From contig JABCSY010000002.1 in assembly GCA_018238625.1 (NCBI GenBank), forward strand, positions 1 to 64,000: 64,000 bases of DNA. Reading direction: 5' to 3'. A model generated the notes under the pieces. It saw only the letters and a list, made by a program, of their open reading frames with translations. It was not told the DNA's origin and searched no databases. Positions 58,161-64,000 of the stretch are shown here, in pieces. Each line of letters begins with the position of its first letter. The first letter of the stretch is position 1. This DNA comes from Promethearchaeota archaeon. GTDB lineage: Archaea; Asgardarchaeota; Lokiarchaeia; Sigyniarchaeales; SOKP01. The translations under genes were made by a program, and so were the position numbers.

Positions 58161-59417
58161 CTATTTCACCTCTAATAGCCCATCCCAATAAGTGCCATAA
58201 AGCATATCTTTTGGGAGCTCTCCGGTTTCGTTTAGTTTTATTAGCATTTTTAATTGATTTTTTTGTTGTTCTAAAGTAACTTCTCTTCCGCCTAAACCGT
58301 TTATCATTGGCAATATTCTAGCGGTACCCTTAACATCGTGTAAAGCTGTTTTTACCTCAGAGCTCACAGGTCCTCCCGTTGGGCTTCCAAACGCCGTTGC
58401 TCTATCAACTACTCCAAGAAGTGGGACTTTTTTAGCAATTTCAATAATATCTTCAACTGGAAAAGGTCTTAAATACCTTAATTTAACCATACCAACTTTA
58501 TACCCTTCTTCTCTCAAATCATCAACTGCTTGTTCCATTTGTAGAGCTAAGTCCCCATAAATTACCATTCCTACGTCTGCTCCATCCATTTTATATTCTT
58601 GAATTAAACCGTTTCCGTAATTTCTACCAAAGGCCTTTTCAAAATCTTTTGCTACACTCTTGATTTTCTCTTTAGCTCTAATCATGGCATCGTGGATCTT
58701 CATTCTGAATTCGTAATAGAATCCCGATGGCATAATGAGATTTCCAAACATTAGAGGCCTTTCCGGATCGATCCACATATGAGGCCATCCCTTTTCATCT
58801 GGCAAAGGTGGTAAAAATGAATCAACTAGATCTTGATCTTCAATTATTACAGGTTTAGACGTGTGAGATAATATAAATCCTCCATAAGCGACGAACTTAG
58901 GCAATAAAACCTCGTAATCTTCGCATATCTTATAGGACATTAATACTTCGTCGTAAATTTCTTGATGAGTCGCACAAAACGCAGTCATCCATCCAGTGTC
59001 CCGACAACTAATAACATCTGTAAAATCAGCCCATATATTCCATGGTGGAGCTGCCCCCCTTGATGCAATGGTGGTGACAATTGGCAATCTGGACCCACTA
59101 GCCCAATGAAGCATTTCAAACATGTAGAAAAGACCTTGTCCTGCCGTTGCTGTAAAAGTTCGAGTTCCAGCCATACTTGCTGTAATTACTGAAGCCATTA
59201 CAGAATGTTCAGACTCCACTTTTATATACTGAGTTCCTGGCATTAAACCATTATCGACAAATTCAGAAAGCTTTTCTACTACAGTTGTTTGAGGTGTAAT
59301 TGGATAAGCGCTTATTACTTGAACCCTAGCAGATTTAGCAGCATAAGCAGCAGAGATGTTTCCTTTTAATACTATGGTTTCTTTTTCTTGAATAAAATCA
59401 TTTGTGGCTTCAACCAT
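58161..59417 (-). CDS. porA: 2-oxoacid:ferredoxin oxidoreductase alpha subunit
   Basis: [24 protein letters not shown]. Confidence 0.93.
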   Translation of the reverse strand: MVEATNDFIQEKETIVLKGNISAAYAAKSARVQVISAYPITPQTTVVEKLSEFVDNGLMPGTQYIKVESEHSVMASVITASMAGTRTFTATAGQGLFYMFEMLHWASGSRLPIVTTIASRGAAPPWNIWADFTDVISCRDTGWMTAFCATHQEIYDEVLMSYKICEDYEVLLPKFVAYGGFILSHTSKPVIIEDQDLVDSFLPPLPDEKGWPHMWIDPERPLMFGNLIMPSGFYYEFRMKIHDAMIRAKEKIKSVAKDFEKAFGRNYGNGLIQEYKMDGADVGMVIYGDLALQMEQAVDDLREEGYKVGMVKLRYLRPFPVEDIIEIAKKVPLLGVVDRATAFGSPTGGPVSSEVKTALHDVKGTARILPMINGLGGREVTLEQQKNQLKMLIKLNETGELPKDMLYGTYWDGLLEVK

Positions 59418-59760
59418 CTTTTATATCACTCTCTCTAATCATTTCAATATTTTTAGTAGGACATTCTTTTGCGCAGATTCCACATCCTTTACAATACAAT
59501 AAATCAATTTCAAAATGCCCATCTTCTTTCTTTTCAATAACGCCTTCGGGACAGTACATCCAACAAAATCCGCATTTATTACAATTTTCTTGATCTATTA
59601 TCGGTCTAAACGTTCTCCAATCTCCAGTTGTTCCCATATTTCCTTCAATTGGTAGGGAAATAGGAATTGGAGATAATTCTTTCCAATTTTTATATTCTTG
59701 AACTTTGGGACGTTCTTCTTTAGATTTATTAATCTTTTTCCATTTTTCAGATTCAGACAT
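59410..59760 (-). CDS. porD: 2-oxoacid:ferredoxin oxidoreductase delta subunit
   Basis: [31 protein letters not shown]. Confidence 0.93.
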   Translation of the reverse strand: MSESEKWKKINKSKEERPKVQEYKNWKELSPIPISLPIEGNMGTTGDWRTFRPIIDQENCNKCGFCWMYCPEGVIEKKEDGHFEIDLLYCKGCGICAKECPTKNIEMIRESDIKDG

Positions 59761-59762
59761 AT

Positions 59763-60338
59763 TTATACCTCCCTTACAGACTCATAAGCGTCTTTTGCCA
59801 CAGTCATGTTTTTCTCTAACCTATTTTCTCCAAATTCTTTTTTAAGAACTTTTTCCATAATCTTAAGATCGTAAAACCCCGTAATTTTACCAAAAGCCCC
59901 TAACATAGGTATATTTAGAATTGGTCCACTAGAATGCATGAATCCTCTATTGATGCAAATCCCTGTTGCATCTATTAGATAGATCTTTAGGTTTTTTGGA
60001 AATAAACTTAAATCGATCGGTTTAGCGCTATTAATTAAAAGTGTGACTCCTTCCTTAATCGTTTCTTTCACTCTTGGAATATCTAACAATGAAGTATCAA
60101 AAACCATGATGTAATCGGGATTGACTACACTGTCGTAAGTCTTTATAGGTTTATTCCTTGAGAACTTAGTGAATGCTTGAATTGGAGCACCTCTTCGTTC
60201 AGCACCTATAATTGGGATCGCAATAGCATCTTTAAAGCCTTTTTCAAAGGTTAATTGTGCTAATAACTGACTAGCAGTAATAGCCGTCTGACCACCCCTA
60301 CCATGGTAGGTTACTTCTACAATTTCATTATCTGTCAA
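59763..60338 (-). CDS. porG: 2-oxoacid:ferredoxin oxidoreductase gamma subunit
   Basis: [19 protein letters not shown]; TTG start. Confidence 0.93.
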   Translation of the reverse strand: MTDNEIVEVTYHGRGGQTAITASQLLAQLTFEKGFKDAIAIPIIGAERRGAPIQAFTKFSRNKPIKTYDSVVNPDYIMVFDTSLLDIPRVKETIKEGVTLLINSAKPIDLSLFPKNLKIYLIDATGICINRGFMHSSGPILNIPMLGAFGKITGFYDLKIMEKVLKKEFGENRLEKNMTVAKDAYESVREV

Positions 60339-60610
60339 ATCTTTTTCACTTATTCGTTATAGAAAATTATAAACATTAAATTTGTACTAATACGGTTATT
60401 CTAGTGATTTTCACATAAAATTATTGGTGTACTATTAATTATTTCCAATACATTAAAAATTTCTGGAAAAAATTTATAAGTAAGCTGTTTAATAAGCAAT
60501 AGACCACTATAAAGAATAAAATACCCAAAAAAATTCTCACTTAATTGAATCAAAGAAGTTTTAGAATTTTTACATCAATTACAATAATTTAACTATATAT
60601 AAGTGAAATT

Positions 60611-61180
60611 ATGTCAGAGAGAGCTGAAAAAACCGAAATTAATTATTCTTTTAAATGTCCAATTTGTAGCGAAGGAAAAATTGAAATCAGTAAGGTGACA
60701 TATGATGTACCAGACGGAGATAAAATTTTAATTATTAAATTTGAATGTAACTTATGTAATTATTCTAACAATGATATAATCCCTTTAACAACTAATTTTA
60801 CGCCAGGTATTATGAAGTTAAAGGTTACAAGTGAAGACGACCTAAAATCTAAAATATATCGTTCCCCCGTAGGGGCATTAGAAATTCCAGAATTAGAATT
60901 AATTGTTAACCCGGGTCCTAGAGCTGATTTTTATTATACCAATGTAGAGGGTATTTTATTTCGATTTGAAAACGCAGTTTCAATATATCGGAAAAATCTC
61001 GAAGATGATGACGCTCAAATAAAAGAAATTGATAAAATTTTAAAAGACTTGGGAAAGGCATTAAAGGGAGAATTTAAGTTCACACTGATTATAACTGATA
61101 CAGGAGGGGGAAGTTATATTATTCCTAACGATAAATCAAAATATTCATTCGAAAAATTTGAGCCGAAAGAATTAAATTAA
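60611..61180 (+). CDS. Archaeal ZPR1 zinc-finger protein
   Basis: CPIC..CNLC, IPELEL, NVEGIL, FTLIITDTGGGS. Confidence 0.9.
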   Translation: MSERAEKTEINYSFKCPICSEGKIEISKVTYDVPDGDKILIIKFECNLCNYSNNDIIPLTTNFTPGIMKLKVTSEDDLKSKIYRSPVGALEIPELELIVNPGPRADFYYTNVEGILFRFENAVSIYRKNLEDDDAQIKEIDKILKDLGKALKGEFKFTLIITDTGGGSYIIPNDKSKYSFEKFEPKELN

Positions 61181-61248
61181 AGGAAATCATCATTATTTTT
61201 TTATAAATATTAATGAAAAAAATAGAATTATTAAAAATGTGAAATCAA

Positions 61249-62427
61249 ATGGTAATTAAAAAAGTTGGAATCCTTACGGGAGGTGGCGATTGCCCGGGTT
61301 TAAACTCCGTTATATATGGAATAATGTTGAAAGCTTATGATGCGGGCATAGAGTGTGTTGGAATCCTTAAAGGATGGAAGGGCCTTATGGAAAATCTTAC
61401 AATCCCTCTTAAGATTGCAGAACACGATGACTTGCATACTATTGGCGGGACTATATTATATACGAGTAGAACTAATCCCTTTAAAGGAGCAGAATCTAAA
61501 GAAAAAGTAGCAAAAGATCTGGTAACTAAATTTGAAGATTTAGGAATAGATGCGCTTATCGCTATCGGTGGAGATTTAAAACGGTTTACATTTTAAACCT
61601 AAAACGATACTTTAAGCGTTGCGGATGCTATGTGCAAATACTCAAAAGCGAACGTAGTTGGCTGCCCAAAAACGATAGACAACGATTTGGCTGGAACACA
61701 TTACACGTTTGGCTTCTGGAGCGCTGTACAGCTAGCCTCCAACGCGATGGATAACTTAACGACAACCGCGCGTTCCCATCAGAGAGTGTTTGTGGTAGAA
61801 ATTATGGGAAGAGACGCAGGATTTCTTACAATGTATAGTGGAATTTCTGCTGGTGCCGATATAATATTAATTCCTGAATCACCATTTAGTTTAGAGAAGG
61901 ATATTATTGACGTGCTTAAAAAAAGAGTCAATGCAGGATACAAATACCACATAATTGCTACCTCAGAAGGAGCTTATCCAAATTCAGAATCGTTGGAAAA
62001 GGATTTTAAAACAATATCGAAAGAAACGATTGATAAATTACCTAAAGATACATATGGAAACCCTTTGCTTGTAAAATTGAATATATCCAAAATAATTGTT
62101 GACGAACTCAACTTAAGAGAAGATTTAAAAAAGGAATTTCAGAATAATGGGGTGGATTTTGAGTGTAGAAGCGTAGTTCTGGGCCACACAATGCGAGCAG
62201 GGACGCCTAATTCGTTCGATAGAATCTTAGGATTGAGATTTGGGTTAGCAGCTATGAATCTTGTTTTGAAATCTAAATTTGGGAACATGGTTTCGCTTCA
62301 AGGAAATAAAATTGAAACTATACCACTTTCAGAAGGGGTAAAAAAGAAATACATTACCTCGGATAGCGATAAAATGGAATTACGAGACCTATTAGTGAAA
62401 ATTAGATATTTATCGAAACAAAAATAA
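61249..62427 (+). CDS. pfkA: 6-phosphofructokinase (PfkA family, PPi-type GGDD/PKTIDND), interrupted: exons 61249-61573 + 61604-62427 (382 aa if spliced)
   Basis: TGGGDCPGLN, GGTILYTSR, IGGD|DT, PKTIDND, EIMGR, LGHTMRAG. Both track ORFs are in the same frame, separated by a 30-nt insert with two TAA stops. Confidence 0.9.
61574..61603 (+). other. Candidate BHB-type mRNA intron (30 nt) in pfkA
   Basis: Exon stems TATCG/CGATA and GCGCTTA/TAAGCGT, 3-nt bulges AGA and AAA, 4-nt central helix GTGG/CCTA (2 WC pairs), intron stem TTTAAAA/TTTTAAA. Standard cut sites give GGA GAC GAT ACT. Confidence 0.7.
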
Positions 62428-62474
62428 TTCCACTGTTTTTTTAATTGTATTGTATTAAAAAAAAGAAATATAGA

Positions 62475-63713
62475 TTAACCATAATGTTTTTCCTCTTCGT
62501 GTTCTGCATCAATCGCGTCTTGCTCTACATCACGACCAAGCCATTTTTCGCTTAGCTTCTCTTTATAATATTCATGTTGGATGATGAGATTCATTATTTC
62601 CGTTGTTCCGGTCCAGATCTCTCCTATACGAGCGTCTCTCAAAAGACGTTCTATTGGATATACGGTTGTATACCCGATACCTCCCATTATCTGCATGGAT
62701 TTGTTAATAACTTTCCAGCACGCTTTAGTTGAAAATTTTTTGGATTCAGAAACTAATCTTCTTTGAAGAGCGGGTGGCGCTCCAGCATCTATAGATTTCG
62801 CAGTATTAAACACAATTGCTCTTGTTGCATCTAAATAAGTAATGCAATCCGCTATCATGAAGTTAACGGCTTGAAAATTCTTTATAATCTGTCCAAACGC
62901 TTTTCTTTTGGTGCTATATTTGGTTGCTATTTGAAAACAAGCGCGTGCCAATCCGAGAAAACCAGAAGCTGTAGTTAATCGTTCTGGAACCATCATGTGG
63001 TAAAATATTTTACCCCCATCTCCTTCTCCCAGGATTAAATTCTCCTTAGGGACTTCCACATCTTTAAAAACTAACCTCCCTGCTCCACCGCCTCTAGTAC
63101 CTAATAAACCGTAAATATATGCTGCGTCTACTGCATCGCTTTTATCAACAATAAATAAGCTTAAAGAATCTCGAGGGGACGCTTTAGGATCCGTTTTAGC
63201 GTAAACCAAAAAGAAATCAGCACCTTCAGCGCCAACAACGAATCGTTTTTCTCCATTTAATATGTAGTGATCTCCTTCTTTTACAGCAGTAGATGTGGCT
63301 CCAAAAAAATCCGAACCGCCTCTTGGTTCAGTTAACGCTTCAGCAGTAAATTTCTTACCTTCGCACATAGGTTTTAAATAATTTAACTTTTGGTCTTCTG
63401 TGCCAAATTTATTAAGCGCTTCCCCACATATGCTCGGTAACGAAAATAAACAGGTTAGGGAACTTCCTAGTACGCCAACTTCTTCTTGAGCAATAATTTC
63501 ACTTTCCCAATTTAAACCACGACCACCGTATTTCTTTGGAAACCTTATTCCAATCAAATTTTGTTTAGCTAATGCTTCCATCCACTCACTTGGATATTGA
63601 ATCTCGTCTTTATCCATTTGTCTTAATAATGAAGGTGGTACAGCGTTTTTAACGAACTCTCGAACTTCTTCTCTAAATTTTTTATTTTCTTCGCTTATTA
63701 AATAATCATACAT
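62475..63713 (-). CDS. Acyl-CoA dehydrogenase
   Basis: ALTEPRGGSD, LNGEKRF, RKAFGQ.I..FQAV, QIMGGIGY, RDARIGEIWTGTTEI. Confidence 0.95.
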   Translation of the reverse strand: MYDYLISEENKKFREEVREFVKNAVPPSLLRQMDKDEIQYPSEWMEALAKQNLIGIRFPKKYGGRGLNWESEIIAQEEVGVLGSSLTCLFSLPSICGEALNKFGTEDQKLNYLKPMCEGKKFTAEALTEPRGGSDFFGATSTAVKEGDHYILNGEKRFVVGAEGADFFLVYAKTDPKASPRDSLSLFIVDKSDAVDAAYIYGLLGTRGGGAGRLVFKDVEVPKENLILGEGDGGKIFYHMMVPERLTTASGFLGLARACFQIATKYSTKRKAFGQIIKNFQAVNFMIADCITYLDATRAIVFNTAKSIDAGAPPALQRRLVSESKKFSTKACWKVINKSMQIMGGIGYTTVYPIERLLRDARIGEIWTGTTEIMNLIIQHEYYKEKLSEKWLGRDVEQDAIDAEHEEEKHYG

Positions 63714-63896
63714 TTTCGATTCTCCTTAGATGATTTATACTACAATTAAGTAATGATGGGTCTAATAAAAACAATAGATAAATCGAACTTTATTAGTTTA
63801 CAATTATTTAAATTGATCATTATAAATTGGATTTTTAAAGAAAAGAGAATATTACTTTATATTATATTATCAAACTCGTAAATTATTGATCTAATT

Positions 63897-64000
63897 TTGC
63901 TTACAAAAAATAAAAATGGTTTTAAAGAATATCCTAATGCGTTTAAAGTGTTAGTCCTCGCCACTTTCATTGATAGATTTGGAAGTTTTTTATTATTTCC
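63897..64000 (+). CDS. MFS transporter (partial, runs off the window end)
   Basis: TTG-initiated frame MLTKNKNGFKEYPNAFKVLVLATFIDRFGSFLLFP resembles TM1 of MdtH-like MFS proteins. Confidence 0.6.
   Translation, partial: MLTKNKNGFKEYPNAFKVLVLATFIDRFGSFLLF

Noticed and set aside
61594-61602. Stop-codon readthrough in pfk
   Set aside because: It would need two TAA readthroughs and would insert 10 residues into the active-site motif.
61577-61606. TAAAACG direct repeat as a target-site duplication of a mobile element
   Set aside because: Collapsing the repeat removes 23 nt and leaves the gene out of frame.
61573-61608. Programmed ribosomal bypass between matched GAT codons in pfk
   Set aside because: Hopping GAT to GAT would give GGDT, one Asp short, and no stop directly follows the take-off codon. 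BHB-type excision restores GGDDT exactly.
1-64000. CRISPR arrays, transposases/integrases, rRNA
   Set aside because: No regularly spaced repeats, no recognisable transposase/integrase motifs and no rRNA-like sequence seen.

Overview
AT-rich chromosomal window of an Asgard archaeon. Lokiarchaeia/Promethearchaeia is inferred from a Lokiactin, a profilin-like protein, a Rab-like GTPase, an LRR protein and archaeal TFB/Rpo6/exosome/proteasome genes. The main blocks are a ~13-kb HdrABC-MvhD-Flx(Asr)-FrhB electron-bifurcation cluster preceded by three tandem 8-Cys microproteins, then Lokiactin, Hef, TldD/E, a PiT-DUF47 locus and two RHH-DHp-receiver regulators. There are five tRNA genes carrying six bulge-helix-bulge (BHB) introns, five of them at non-canonical positions. 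The exosome superoperon is interrupted by a 2-gene antisense insert, and is followed by ECF, t6A and POR genes. The most notable observation is in the PPi-type phosphofructokinase gene. It is interrupted inside its catalytic GGDDT motif by a 30-nt, stop-containing insert that folds with its flanks into a relaxed BHB structure. Cutting at the standard BHB positions restores GGDDT exactly, so this is a candidate endonuclease-spliced mRNA micro-intron in an Asgard metabolic gene. All product calls come from motif recognition, not database searches.
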